A stretch of 64,000 bases of DNA from a virus (Duplodnaviria > Heunggongvirae > Uroviricota > Caudoviricetes). This document shows positions 9,388 through 20,217 of the stretch, piece after piece. The stretch lies in the IMG/VR virus record IMGVR_UViG_3300028591_000077. One strand, written 5' to 3'. Made by a program: the position numbers and the translations under genes. The notes below the pieces were generated by a model. It did no database searches. It saw only the letters and a list, made by a program, of their open reading frames with translations, and was not told the origin of the DNA. Position 1 is the stretch's first letter. Every line of letters begins with the position of its first letter.

Positions 9388-9605
9388 TGCAAGACGAATA
9401 TATTAGGGGTTTTGACAAAGTTATCTTGGGTGTTGTTAGAACAAAAGATAATGGCGATCAAACATTATTAGATTTTCCATCAAGAAAGATTCTCGGATTC
9501 TATATCGCTAGCGACAATACCACAAGAGAATTTTCTTACAAAATTGTATCACAAGGCAATACATTGATTGCATTGCTTTATAAATATAAAGGTGTTAAAA
9601 TGTAG
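9387..9605 (+). CDS. hypothetical protein
   Basis: TAATG coupling. Confidence 0.55.
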   Translation: MQDEYIRGFDKVILGVVRTKDNGDQTLLDFPSRKILGFYIASDNTTREFSYKIVSQGNTLIALLYKYKGVKM

Positions 9606-9617
9606 GAGGAGCAGTTT

Positions 9618-9800
9618 ATGAGAGATAATAAAAAAATGATAAGCTTAGAAATCTCAGATGAATTAAGGGAAGCTCTTCGAGTAGAGGCCTTTCACAAAGC
9701 TGTAACTGTTTCTGCACTTATTAGACAAATCCTAGAAGACCAACTAAACGTGACCAAAGAAGTTAAGGACTCAACTACTAAATTGACCGAGACAAAATAA
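9618..9800 (+). CDS. ribbon-helix-helix (CopG-like) DNA-binding protein
   Basis: MISLEISDELREALRVEA...TVSALIRQIL; AGGAGG RBS. Confidence 0.75.
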   Translation: MRDNKKMISLEISDELREALRVEAFHKAVTVSALIRQILEDQLNVTKEVKDSTTKLTETK

Positions 9801-11659
9801 TGGAAAAAATTGATAAATCAAAAAAGATATTAATTTTAGTTGAATCCCCTACTAAGGTAAAAAGCGTTGGTCAAATAGTCAAAGGTCTTGGCTATAAAAA
9901 TGTTAAAGTTCTTGCAACAGTTGGTCACACGACAGAAATTAAAAACGTAAAGGGTAGCTATAAAAATACTGGTATTTATCCAGACAATAATTTTAAAGTT
10001 ACCTACATGGTTTCCGAAGACAAGCATAAAGTAGTAGAAGACATCAAGCAAGCTGCAAAATGAGCAGACTTAGTTTTAATTGCCTCTGACCCTGACCGTG
10101 AGGGAGAAAACTTAGGAAATCATATTAAAGACATTCTTAAATTAAAGAATGATCAATACTATAGAATTTCTTACCATAGCATTTCAAAAAGTGCTATCGA
10201 GCAAGCTTTAAATAATCCAAGAAAAATGGATAAAGCTTTGGTAAACGCCGCAGAAGCTAGACAAGTTGTTGATAAAATGATTGGATTCTCTTTGAGCCCA
10301 ATCGCAAAAACTTATGTTGGCGCAAAATCTGTAGGTAGATGTCAATCAATTGGTTTAAAGCTTATTGTTGACCGCGAAAAAGAAATTGAAAACTTTATTC
10401 CTGAAAGATATTTTGATATATATCTAGACTTTTTAAAACACAGCATTGATTTTAGAGCTAAATATGTTGGCACAGATGCCAATCCAATCGAGCACTTAAA
10501 GACAAGAGAAGATGCTAATTTGGTAGTCAGTCAATGCACTGGCGATTTTGTTGTTAAGGATATTGAGAGAAAAGAAAAATATCAAAGCCCACAACCACCA
10601 TTCTGCACCGCTACTTTCCAGCAAGAAGCAGCAAATAAGATCGGCTTAAAGGTTAAAGATGCAATGAGCTGCGCTCAAAAGCTATTTGAAGGTATTCAAA
10701 TAAATGGAGAGCATGTTGGTTTAATTACTTACATGAGAACTGACTCTACAGATTTAGCTCCTGACTTCTTGCCAGAACTAAAATCTTATATCGATGGCGT
10801 TTATGGAACAGGAACATTTACAACTCCAAGAGTTGGTAAAAAATCTGATTCAGACCAAGAAGGCCATGAGGCTTTAAGAGCCGTTTCAGTCAACATGACG
10901 CCAGCTAAACTTGCAGCGCATCTTCCAAATCCATTATTATTAAAAGTATATGAACTTATCTGGAAAAGAACTGTCGCGGCGGCAATGCCAAATGCTATAA
11001 TTTCAGAGACGACTTATGACATCTACAATGGTAAACATAAGTTTATCATGAAATCAAACGAAGTTATCAGCCCAGGCTTTAAGCAAGTCTATGGTTATGA
11101 TGATGCAGATGCAGCAACAATTACTGAAACTTTTGATAAAGAAGAAGTATTACAACATGCTGTCCTAGACTTACAAGAAAAGCAAACCCAGCCAAAACCT
11201 CGCTATAAAGAAGGAACGTTGATTAAAGAGCTTCAAAAGCGCGAAATTGGGCGTCCTTCGACATATGCTACAATTGTTGAAACTGTATTAAGTCCAACAA
11301 GAGGCTATTGTGAGCTTGACGGCAAGGATATTGTACCAACCGAAAAAGGTAAACAATTAGCAAGTTTCTTAGATAGAGCTTTTCCAAACATAATTAATTA
11401 TGATTATACAAGAAACATGGAAATCGACTTGGATATGATTGCCAATGGCGAAATGGAAGAGTTAGACTTCTTAAATGGATTCTATCAATCATTAGAAAAA
11501 GCTATTGCTTCAAATCAAGAAACCGCAATTGGAACAGAAGAAACAAAAATCTGTCCAAAATGCGGAGCCCCAATGGTTGTTCGAAGAAGCCGTTTTGGTA
11601 AACTATTCTATGGTTGCAGTAATTATCCAAAATGTAATGGAATAGTGAATTTAGAATAA
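9800..11659 (+). CDS. topA: DNA topoisomerase IA (TGA 10061 = Trp)
   Basis: LVESPTK, GH, DPDREGE, SVGRCQS, ITYMRTD, GHEA, GRPSTYA and a C-terminal CPKCG zinc ribbon, all in one frame across the TGA. Confidence 0.95.
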
Positions 11660-11662
11660 TTC

Positions 11663-11697
11663 AAAAAACCACTAGAACCCCGCTAAGTGGTTTTTTA
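11663..11697 (+). terminator. intrinsic terminator
   Basis: AAAAAACCACT...AGTGGTTTTTT. Confidence 0.75.
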
Positions 11698-11710
11698 TTA
11701 TCAATTTAAT

Positions 11711-11725
11711 TGCTAAATTAATTGA
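11711..11725 (+). promoter_or_regulatory. phage late promoter motif
   Basis: TGCTAAATTAATTGA; 11 intergenic copies of YGCTAAATTA in the window. Confidence 0.7.
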
Positions 11726-11757
11726 CAATCAAGAAAAATTTTAAAGGAGATTATCTA

Positions 11758-12912
11758 ATGGCAGGACAATTACTATCATTAACACCTGAAATTCAAGCTT
11801 GGATGCACGATGTCTTAGTTTGGGGTGGAAAATTAAAAGCTGCCTCTATCGTTCGTCCACATAATTATGGACAAATGTATGAGTTTGGCTCAGCTGAAGG
11901 TGAACAAGCTGCTAAGGATATCTGTGAAGAAATTACTACAAGAAACTTTGATATTCATCAAAAAGTAGATCATGCTTTAGATATTATTTCAAAGTATTAT
12001 TTTAATCCAGATATCAACTCTAACAGCAACGATAAAGCCGACTGCAAACGTATTAGTGCTTCTACAGCTGCAGAATATATCGCTGTTTTCTGTAAAGCAA
12101 TGAATATCGTTTGGAACGACAAATCAAGAAGTAACGAAGAAATTAAATTATTTAAAGATACTAAACTTGGTGCTCAATTATGGAGATATCAATGCTTCGT
12201 ATCACAAATTGGTGGTGGAGTTAGAGTAACCACTACTGCTGGTGGAACAAGACCTAAATCAGCTAGTGGCTCAACAGGGCCAACAAATGACTATAAAGCC
12301 TCTGGCCCACAATCTGGCAATGCAAGAGGTTTAGTTGGTAATCCGCATGAAAAAATTAATCCAAAAGGCGAATGGGGAAAAATGTTTGACGTTGAGTATG
12401 ATAAGAAAGGCGTTAATGTTCCTTATTTATTCGTTGACCCACTTGGAAAAAAAGGTGATGCTGGAAACAATGTTAACAAAGTCTTAGAAGGCAGTGGTAA
12501 TGGCTATACTGATTGCGCTTGCTATTTCAATACACGCGAAGAAGCAGATGAGTTTAAAAAGAGATACGCTGAACTTCATAATTTAAAACCAAGACAATTG
12601 CCAAATGACCAAGGAATTGTCTATGATAGCGGTAAGTTCTCAGGCTTACATGTCGGTAAAGGAAACTTACAGCCAAATGGATATTTTATGGTAAATACTG
12701 AATGTGGCAAATGCTACATCAGAGCAAATAAACTTAATGAAGACATTGACCTTGATGAAGAGCTTGAAGTTGAAGAAGTGCTTCCTGAAAGCAAATTAAT
12801 CAGTGAAATGACTACAGAAGAATTTGAAGCTTATAAAGCTAAGAAGAAAAAAGCTTTTGAAGACATGCAAGGATTCTTCAACGATTATGTAAAATATGAT
12901 TTACATAAATAG
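11758..12912 (+). CDS. hypothetical protein with acidic L-x-E-rich C-terminus (putative internal head protein)
   Basis: AAGGAG RBS, ATG 11758; KLNEDIDLDEELEVEEVLPESKLISE tail. Confidence 0.6.
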   Translation: MAGQLLSLTPEIQAWMHDVLVWGGKLKAASIVRPHNYGQMYEFGSAEGEQAAKDICEEITTRNFDIHQKVDHALDIISKYYFNPDINSNSNDKADCKRISASTAAEYIAVFCKAMNIVWNDKSRSNEEIKLFKDTKLGAQLWRYQCFVSQIGGGVRVTTTAGGTRPKSASGSTGPTNDYKASGPQSGNARGLVGNPHEKINPKGEWGKMFDVEYDKKGVNVPYLFVDPLGKKGDAGNNVNKVLEGSGNGYTDCACYFNTREEADEFKKRYAELHNLKPRQLPNDQGIVYDSGKFSGLHVGKGNLQPNGYFMVNTECGKCYIRANKLNEDIDLDEELEVEEVLPESKLISEMTTEEFEAYKAKKKKAFEDMQGFFNDYVKYDLHK

Positions 12913-12935
12913 ACTGAACCAAGGAGAGATTAAAA

Positions 12936-14366
12936 ATGAAAATTAATAAAAATAAAGCTATTAATGAAGAATTAATTAAAGAAAATAAAGCTTTAACTGA
13001 AGAAGATGAAAAAGTCGAAACTTCACCAAGCGGTGATGTTACTGTTACCACAAGTGAAGAAGGTGGAGTCAGAACTACTTCTGTTGACCTTCCATTAGAC
13101 TCAAATGGTAATCCTGCCACAGCTGAAGCTAAAGAATATGCACACAATGCTATCACTGACGCATTAGATTATGTTCTTAGAGTTACAAATCACAGAAAGA
13201 GACTTGTACAAGGCGGCTTCAATACTTTTGGAACAAGTAAAAATGTATTAATCGTTGGTCTTCCTGGTTCCTCAAAAACCACATCCGTTAAAGGCTGATG
13301 TGAAGCTAAGGGATTAACCTGTTACCAGATCGACGTCAGAGACTCAGAACTTGAAGTTACTTTAAACGGTGCTCCATTCTTTGAGAAATCTGAAGATGGC
13401 AAGAAAACAATGATTTCTAAAGCCGCTTCTCATGCCTTAGACGGATTAGACGACCCAAATGGCAGCGTCTTATTCTTAGATGAGTTAAACAGACAAAAAG
13501 ATGCCGGTATTCGTGGTTCTTTATTAAAATTAGTCGCTGAAAAATCAGTCTTAGCTGCTGGTGAAAAAGGCGGCGTCCGTTATTTCCCAAATCTATTATT
13601 TGCAGTTGCTGCTATCAACCCATACGATTCAAGAGACGATGGCGTTGATAAATTAGGCGATGCTGAAAAACGTAGATATAACGTTGTTGTTGAATTCAAC
13701 TCAACTGCTGAAAGTGCACAAGCATTCGTAGATTTCAGCTATGATACAAACCTTAAACAATGCGCAAAACTTTATGCAGATCCAAATCATGACCCAGAAT
13801 TTTATTGGGGTGTATTAAAACAATTTATTTATGGTAAGAGCGTCGCTACCCATGTATTAAATTACCCAGGCTTCAAATTTGATGGTAATGCAGAAGCAAC
13901 TCTTACATTAAGAGACGATAAAACATTATTCAACCAAGCTACATTTACAGATGCTATCTTTGATGCTGGTGAATTATTCGTTTCTTCACCAAATGCAACT
14001 GTAAGCCAATTCATCAAGCATCTTATTGCTGACTTCAAGTCCGCAAACTTATTAGATTCTACATTTACAATGCTAAAGAGCGCTTTAAATGCTTATCGTC
14101 CTGCGGGCGATTTCAAAGCATTAGTCGAAGCTGAAGAACAAATGTTAGATATCGATTTAGGTAGTAAAGAATTAAATGGCAACGGCATTCCAGTAAAGAA
14201 ACCTGGTGAAGCTGGTTCTGATGACCAAGAGGATTCAGGACACTTATTTGGTGGCGCTTCTAATGACCTTGGAACTGCTGGAAATAACGCTACAGAAACA
14301 GCTAGCGAGGTTGAGGATAGAATGACTGATTTCTTCGGAAATCTTGGTGGCGGACCTAAAATATAA
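12936..14366 (+). CDS. MoxR/AAA_5-type AAA+ ATPase (TGA 13296 = Trp)
   Basis: VLIVGLPGSSKT (Walker A), VLFLDELNR (Walker B), AAINP (sensor 1), AEKRRY (Arg finger). Confidence 0.85.
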
Positions 14367-14386
14367 TTAAAGGGAGGCAAATTAAT

Positions 14387-15532
14387 ATGTCTAAAATGTT
14401 AAATAGACTATTAGAGGCAAGGATTGAAAAACGTGCCATAATGCTCCCAGACGAAGAAAGACTAAAAGAACTTTTAATTGATAATTTGCGTGACGATGGC
14501 AATGGCCATCGTCATGCCAAGTTTGCAAAACGTTTAGAGGACTTTGATGTAAATATCGTTCCATTAGATGTCGACCAAGAATTTACTGCTGCTATCTCTT
14601 TTGATGAAGCGGTAATATTCATTAGTGAAGGTTTCTTAAAAGTCAGACTTACAGAAGAGCAAGTATTTGAGCAATTAAATGTCTTAATTAGACACGAATT
14701 GTGCCATGCTCTTTTAATGCATCAAATTAGAATGATGCATGTATTAGAACAAAAATATGGTGATGAAGCTGCACAACATTTAAGTGTTAGTGCATCACTT
14801 CATGATTTACTTAACGCTGTTGAAGACTGGGATATTTCAAATCAAGCCTATAGCGCTGCTGATAAAAAATTAGTTAAAGCCTTAAAACACAGCTTAAGAG
14901 AAATTCCTGGTTTAGTTACCGAACTAGATAACCAAGGTAAAGGCTGGGAAAACATGACAGTAGAAGAAATGTATAATGCTGTCGAAAACGAAATTACAAA
15001 AATTAATAAATTAATCCTTGCTAATGATGCCTGGGGATTAGAAACAACTGTTGTCGATCATTCTACAATGACTGCTTATAAACTTGCAACATTATATAGA
15101 GACAAACAAGCAACAACTACGATTCCAGGCACTATAAGAGGATTAACAAAAAGCCCACAATTTAAAGAATGGCATAAGTATTACCAAGAAATCGTATTAC
15201 AATTGCTAGAGAAATATGAAAAAACTACTGTTTCTGAACAAGAAACACAAGACATGATTGACAAGATTGCTGCCTCAGCTCCATTAGAAAAAGTAGAGCT
15301 ATTCGGTGGTGATATAGTATTATATTCGCCTGAAGAAAAAGGCCTAGCAATGGATGTAATCAAAAAACTAAGTAAAATTCCAGAATATCAGTTACCTAAA
15401 ATTAAAATCAAAAAGAAATCACACTCTCCAGAGTATGTAAAGGCATATAATGACACAGTTAATAAATATGACGATGATTCTGTGCCATTAGAAGATGTTA
15501 TGGAAATCTTAGCTGGCGTTGGAGGAGCATAA
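14387..15532 (+). CDS. HExxH metallopeptidase-like protein (DUF2201 N-terminal type)
   Basis: TAAISFD...LIRHELCHALLMH...LLNAVEDWDIS. Confidence 0.75.
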   Translation: MSKMLNRLLEARIEKRAIMLPDEERLKELLIDNLRDDGNGHRHAKFAKRLEDFDVNIVPLDVDQEFTAAISFDEAVIFISEGFLKVRLTEEQVFEQLNVLIRHELCHALLMHQIRMMHVLEQKYGDEAAQHLSVSASLHDLLNAVEDWDISNQAYSAADKKLVKALKHSLREIPGLVTELDNQGKGWENMTVEEMYNAVENEITKINKLILANDAWGLETTVVDHSTMTAYKLATLYRDKQATTTIPGTIRGLTKSPQFKEWHKYYQEIVLQLLEKYEKTTVSEQETQDMIDKIAASAPLEKVELFGGDIVLYSPEEKGLAMDVIKKLSKIPEYQLPKIKIKKKSHSPEYVKAYNDTVNKYDDDSVPLEDVMEILAGVGGA

Positions 15533-15534
15533 TA

Positions 15535-17457
15535 ATGACAAAAGACGAAATTAAAAAAGCTGTAGAAGAAATTAAAGCGATGCCCCCTGATGCTAGACAA
15601 GGTGCTATTGATGCCTTAATGGATATCTTCTTATCTCAACAAGGCGGTGCAGGCATTCCTCAAGATACAGAAATTGAGGTTGACCCTGATTTAGAGACAC
15701 CTGCCGGTAAAGCCGGTAAAATGCCTAAGACAGATATTGAAGACCCAGATGGCGTATTAAATCAGGCAAAAGTACATAGACGTAAAAATCAAAAACAAGA
15801 CCAGCAAGACCAAAGTGAATCTGGAATGAAAGGTTCACAAGGACAGGGTGGTGGACAAAGTAGTCCTGATAATCAAGAAGACTCAGAGGATACCCAAGGC
15901 GAAGAAGGTCAAGAAGGGCAAGATAGCCAACAAAGTCAAGATGGCCAACAAGGACAACAAGGACAGCAAGGTCAACAGGGACAGCAAGGTTCAAATGGTC
16001 AAAGTGGTCAAGAAGGCTCCGACGGTCAAGAAGGCCAGGAAGGCCAAGACGGTCAGGAAGGCAAAGATGGTAAAGATGGCCAAGAAGGCCAAAATGGTCA
16101 AAGTGGACAACAAGGTCAGCAAGGAAACCAAAATGGCCAGAATGGTTCAAAGGGTTCTGAAAGTGGTTCTCAATCCGGTGGTGGAGAAGAAACTGGTGAC
16201 GATGATGGTTCCGGCGATATCGGTGGCGGTAACGACGACGAGAAAGATGGAGACGGTAAAGGCGCCGGCGATCAAGAAGGCGATGAATCAGGAAAAGGCG
16301 GAGAAGAAGGCGACAAAGAAGGCGAAGGTTCTGGCTCTGGCAATGGCGAAAAAGAAGGCGAAGGCGAAGAACAAGGTAAAGGTTCTGGAACTGGTGCTGG
16401 CGCAGGTGAAGGCGAAGACGAAGGAGAAGAAGACGATGGTGTTGACTACTCCAAAGTTCACAGAGAATTAAATGATAAAGAAAAAGCCGAAGCTGCACGC
16501 CAAAAGAAAACAGAAGCTTCTCGTGTTGCTCAACTTGGTAGAAAAGCCTTAAGCAAAGCTCCTGCAGACGCAGACCCAGCCAAAATTCAAAGAATTAAAG
16601 AATTGACCGAAGAATTAGAAAAGATTGCCAGTAGCTCAAATGCAGATGTCAATGCAGTTGACTGGGATGATATTCACGAAAAAGAAAACGAATTAATAGA
16701 TTTGAGTAAGGACCTTGTTACAGTTCATGAAACACCAGATAGACCTGAAAGAATCAAAAAAGTAAAAGATATCATCAATAATCCGGTTATAAGCCAACAA
16801 ATACAACAAGAAATTACAGCTGATAAACGTAATGACCCAACACTTGTTAAAAAATATGGCTTAGGACAATTAAATGTCGGTTCTTATTATACAATGGGTG
16901 ACTTCAAAGCTGATATTAAGCTTTGTATCGATTCTCAAGTTGCTAGAAGAAAAGAAACGGTTAAAACATTTAGCGTTCCAAATAAGAGACATGCTGCAGC
17001 TGGTTCACCAATGGTTGTTAAAGGCACTCGCCGTAAAACCATTGAAAAGAAAGATGCGCCGCTTATTGCCGTATTCGTTGACCAATCAGGGTCATGGAAT
17101 GAAGAAGACATTCAAAAGGGTAAAGAATCAATGTCTATCCTTGATGAATTAGTCAGAAAAGGCGATATCAAAGAAGTTCAATATTATTTCTTCGCTAATG
17201 GCGTTTATGAATTACCAGAACAAGCAAGACGTGAAGGTGGCACACATGCTTGGCCAAGAGTAATGAGTAAAATTAAAGAAATTGGTGCTGATAACGTTGT
17301 CATTATGTCAGATGATGACTTAGCAGATCAAAGTAGTCCACAAACACAACTCCATATTGATGGTTGTGTATGGTGGATTTGGAAATATTCAACTAGCCCA
17401 AGATGCACTAAAGAGCTCATCGGTGATGCTGGAAACTTCCAATATAAATTATATTAA
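15535..17457 (+). CDS. VWA-domain protein with G/Q/E low-complexity linker
   Basis: IAVFVDQSGSW MIDAS motif, GGT, VIMSDD; central Gly-X-Y run. Confidence 0.8.
   Translation: MTKDEIKKAVEEIKAMPPDARQGAIDALMDIFLSQQGGAGIPQDTEIEVDPDLETPAGKAGKMPKTDIEDPDGVLNQAKVHRRKNQKQDQQDQSESGMKGSQGQGGGQSSPDNQEDSEDTQGEEGQEGQDSQQSQDGQQGQQGQQGQQGQQGSNGQSGQEGSDGQEGQEGQDGQEGKDGKDGQEGQNGQSGQQGQQGNQNGQNGSKGSESGSQSGGGEETGDDDGSGDIGGGNDDEKDGDGKGAGDQEGDESGKGGEEGDKEGEGSGSGNGEKEGEGEEQGKGSGTGAGAGEGEDEGEEDDGVDYSKVHRELNDKEKAEAARQKKTEASRVAQLGRKALSKAPADADPAKIQRIKELTEELEKIASSSNADVNAVDWDDIHEKENELIDLSKDLVTVHETPDRPERIKKVKDIINNPVISQQIQQEITADKRNDPTLVKKYGLGQLNVGSYYTMGDFKADIKLCIDSQVARRKETVKTFSVPNKRHAAAGSPMVVKGTRRKTIEKKDAPLIAVFVDQSGSWNEEDIQKGKESMSILDELVRKGDIKEVQYYFFANGVYELPEQARREGGTHAWPRVMSKIKEIGADNVVIMSDDDLADQSSPQTQLHIDGCVWWIWKYSTSPRCTKELIGDAGNFQYKLY
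15943..16131 (+). repeat. 21 uninterrupted Gly-X-Y triplets (9-nt period)
   Basis: GQQ x5, GSN, GQS, GQE, GSD, GQE, GQE, GQD, GQE, GKD, GKD, GQE, GQN, GQS, GQQ, GQQ, GNQ. Confidence 0.85.
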
Positions 17458-17471
17458 GGAGATACTAAAAG

Positions 17472-18083
17472 ATGAAAGTAACATTAAAAGAATCCAAAGA
17501 ACAACTCCCATTATCATTCTTAACAGACTTTGTTAGCAGAGGCTGGGAAAATATTGGAATGTTAAAGCAAGAAATTGCTGCTATCAAGGAAGAATTCTCA
17601 GGAACTAAAAAAGTTGAAGAACTACTTCAAAATTTAGTTGATGCTTATCTTATTTGCGTTGGACAATTAGAACTCCATATGCAAAACAAAGATTATTTGG
17701 ATTTTCCAGATGAAGCTAAGGAAGAAAGCTTAAAAGAAGACTTATCATTAAAAGAATCCGAAGAAGAAACTGAAGATGATGAAAAAATCGAAGCTGAAGA
17801 AGTTTTAGATGTCTTAAAAGATAAGATTGACATTCATGGTGAAGATGACATGATCACCATTGCTGAAAAAGGTCAATTAGAAAATCCAGAAGCTCCAAAA
17901 ATTGAAACAGAAGTAACAGAAGATGAATTTGATGCTTTAGCTCAAGAATTTCATGATGCAGAAGCTGAAGAAAAAAATGATCCAAAAGACGAAATTAAAG
18001 AAGACTTTGAATACTTCTGTGACTTCGATGAGCCAACTGGTGAAGCATTAACTGATGCCGATATATACCCAGAAGATAAATAA
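17472..18083 (+). CDS. acidic protein with L-x-E motifs (putative internal head protein)
   Basis: MKVTLKES, ESLKEDLSLKES; AAGGAG RBS. Confidence 0.6.
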   Translation: MKVTLKESKEQLPLSFLTDFVSRGWENIGMLKQEIAAIKEEFSGTKKVEELLQNLVDAYLICVGQLELHMQNKDYLDFPDEAKEESLKEDLSLKESEEETEDDEKIEAEEVLDVLKDKIDIHGEDDMITIAEKGQLENPEAPKIETEVTEDEFDALAQEFHDAEAEEKNDPKDEIKEDFEYFCDFDEPTGEALTDADIYPEDK

Positions 18084-18100
18084 TTAACTAAAAATAAGCA

Positions 18101-18132
18101 AAAAGGCAAATTGGAAAACAATTTGTCTTTTT
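18101..18132 (+). terminator. intrinsic terminator
   Basis: AAAAGGCAAATTG-gaaaa-CAATTTGTCTTTT. Confidence 0.75.
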
Positions 18133-18137
18133 ATATT

Positions 18138-18152
18138 TGCTAAATTATATGA
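18138..18152 (+). promoter_or_regulatory. phage late promoter motif
   Basis: TGCTAAATTATATGA. Confidence 0.7.
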
Positions 18153-18246
18153 TAATCAGCATGGACTTATCCTTTCACCATGCTGGTTATCCATTACTAG
18201 AAAATTTTATTATTTTATATTTTTATATAAATAAGGAGAGATATAC

Positions 18247-20199
18247 ATGGGCAAAATTAGTTTTGAAGAAATCATGGCAAAAGCTGATGAGCTTGATGCT
18301 ATTCTTGATAGCTTTGATGAAAATTTAGAAGAAGCCAAGAAAAAGAAGAAAAAGCCATATGACTCTGCTACTATTACAACCGGTGATATCGGTTATAATA
18401 TTAGTCAATTTAACAAACACATGGGAACAGATTTTCCTGGAAATGACAATAGTAACCCAAGCACAGAAGAAGCAAAAGCTGCTGCACATGCTGCAGAAGC
18501 AGCTGCCCAAGATTTAGGTGGTGGAGAAGCTTCTGGGGCCAGTGATGGAGCTGCTACTAGCGGAGAAGCTGGCGCAAGCGCTAGTGAGGCTGGAGCAGGC
18601 GATGGAGGAGCCTCAGGAGGTATGGGAGAATCTTTAGAAGAAGACCTCAACTTAATGGAAGGCGCTATTCTTGACGAAGAAAGAATCTTAATTCCTAAGC
18701 TTGTAAAAAATGGCGTTGCCGAGGCAAATGCTTATATTGATTTACCTGATGGCGTCCATGTTTTGTCAAGAGAACAAGTTAGCGAAGCCCTTACAAAGTT
18801 AAGCCCAGCAGAAGAATTTATTATTGGCTATATCACTCCTGTATATTTCTACAAAGAGCTTTGGGATTTATTCAATGTTGTAAAATGCACTGAATTTATT
18901 GGCTATACAGGCATGGATTATCGTCAAGTCAGAGACGAGACAAGAAATGACTATGACTCAGACAGAGACACAAGACTTGATACCGCACGAGCACAAATCA
19001 GCAATCCAGAAGATATTGAAAATAAATTTGTTAAGAGAATTGACCACCAAGATCCAAAAGCTTACGGTCAAATTAATAAAACAGTTGTTCAAAAACAAAT
19101 TGACAAAGTAGATTACGATAGTATTCTATACTATCCAGCTCCAGGCAAAAAGCCAAAAGTTTGCTATTATATTGATATTCATGATGGAAAGGGTTATACA
19201 AAAGTTTCACGTGCTCTATTTGAAAAAACAGTAGTTGCATACGTTGAAAGCGCTCTTCAATCAGGCAAATTAGTTGGTTCAAACCGTTGGAATATTGACA
19301 AGCTAAAAGCAAAGGTCGCAAATACCTTAGCTGTTGATAATGCAACGACTGGAAAAGATGCTCTTGATGCTCAAAAACTTTGGGAACCAACTGCAACTAA
19401 TGTTGCTGATCAAAAAGTTTTTAAGCCACAAGTAAGAGCTTTATATACTAATCAAGTTTATTACCTATCAACTCCTTATGAAACCCTTGGCACTCCATTA
19501 AACCCAAGTTTATTGGAAGACGTTGAGTTAGATGAAGCTAAGCGTGAGACAAGACGTTATTACATTAGACCACAAGGAATCTTCTGCGCTAATAAATCAG
19601 AAGTCATTAGGGGCTTGATTTCAGTCGGTGATGAAAACTGTTGCGTCTATTCTTTAAAAAGCTTAGGTGATAACAGAGATGTTCATAAGCTAACAAACAA
19701 AGATATCATCTATTATTATGATGATGGTATCTTATATGATAAAAACCATGTTAAAGTTATGGATTATGACTTATACATTAAGCATGAAGAGGAACGTAAA
19801 AAATTCCCAGGCGATGTCGATAATGTATCTGGCGCTGCATTTATTGATGAATATGATGACAGAATTACAGACGTTACCGGTCCAGGTATTGAAGAAGGTC
19901 TTGGGAAATCTATTCTTGAATTCTGGGATATTTTTGATGAAAAGCCTGCAGATCAAGCTCCTTTAGCTGAAGAATTAAATGAATCAGCTGAACAAGACGA
20001 CCCATTTGATGTCTTTACTGAAGAGCTTCATGAAGAAGCTGAGACACATGTCTGCTGCATTTGTGGCGATGAATTTGTTGGTTATGGAAATAACCCAGAG
20101 CCTGTAAAGAGCCATGATGACGGTGTTTGCTGCGATGCTTGCAATATTAAATTTGTGCTTCCAGCAAGACTTGCTAACTTTAATAAAAACATTAAATAA
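18247..20199 (+). CDS. multi-segment protein with L-x-E linkers and a C-terminal zinc finger
   Basis: NLEEAKKK, SLEEDLNLMEG, LLEDVELDEA, LAEELNES; C-terminal CCICG...YGNNPEP...CCDACN. Confidence 0.65.
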   Translation: MGKISFEEIMAKADELDAILDSFDENLEEAKKKKKKPYDSATITTGDIGYNISQFNKHMGTDFPGNDNSNPSTEEAKAAAHAAEAAAQDLGGGEASGASDGAATSGEAGASASEAGAGDGGASGGMGESLEEDLNLMEGAILDEERILIPKLVKNGVAEANAYIDLPDGVHVLSREQVSEALTKLSPAEEFIIGYITPVYFYKELWDLFNVVKCTEFIGYTGMDYRQVRDETRNDYDSDRDTRLDTARAQISNPEDIENKFVKRIDHQDPKAYGQINKTVVQKQIDKVDYDSILYYPAPGKKPKVCYYIDIHDGKGYTKVSRALFEKTVVAYVESALQSGKLVGSNRWNIDKLKAKVANTLAVDNATTGKDALDAQKLWEPTATNVADQKVFKPQVRALYTNQVYYLSTPYETLGTPLNPSLLEDVELDEAKRETRRYYIRPQGIFCANKSEVIRGLISVGDENCCVYSLKSLGDNRDVHKLTNKDIIYYYDDGILYDKNHVKVMDYDLYIKHEEERKKFPGDVDNVSGAAFIDEYDDRITDVTGPGIEEGLGKSILEFWDIFDEKPADQAPLAEELNESAEQDDPFDVFTEELHEEAETHVCCICGDEFVGYGNNPEPVKSHDDGVCCDACNIKFVLPARLANFNKNIK

Positions 20200-20217
20200 T
20201 CAGGGAGGTGTAAAATA

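Noticed and set aside
15725-16498. Overlapping 257-aa minus-strand and 207-aa plus-strand ORFs
   Set aside because: Alternative-frame artefacts of the G/Q/E repeat in the VWA gene.
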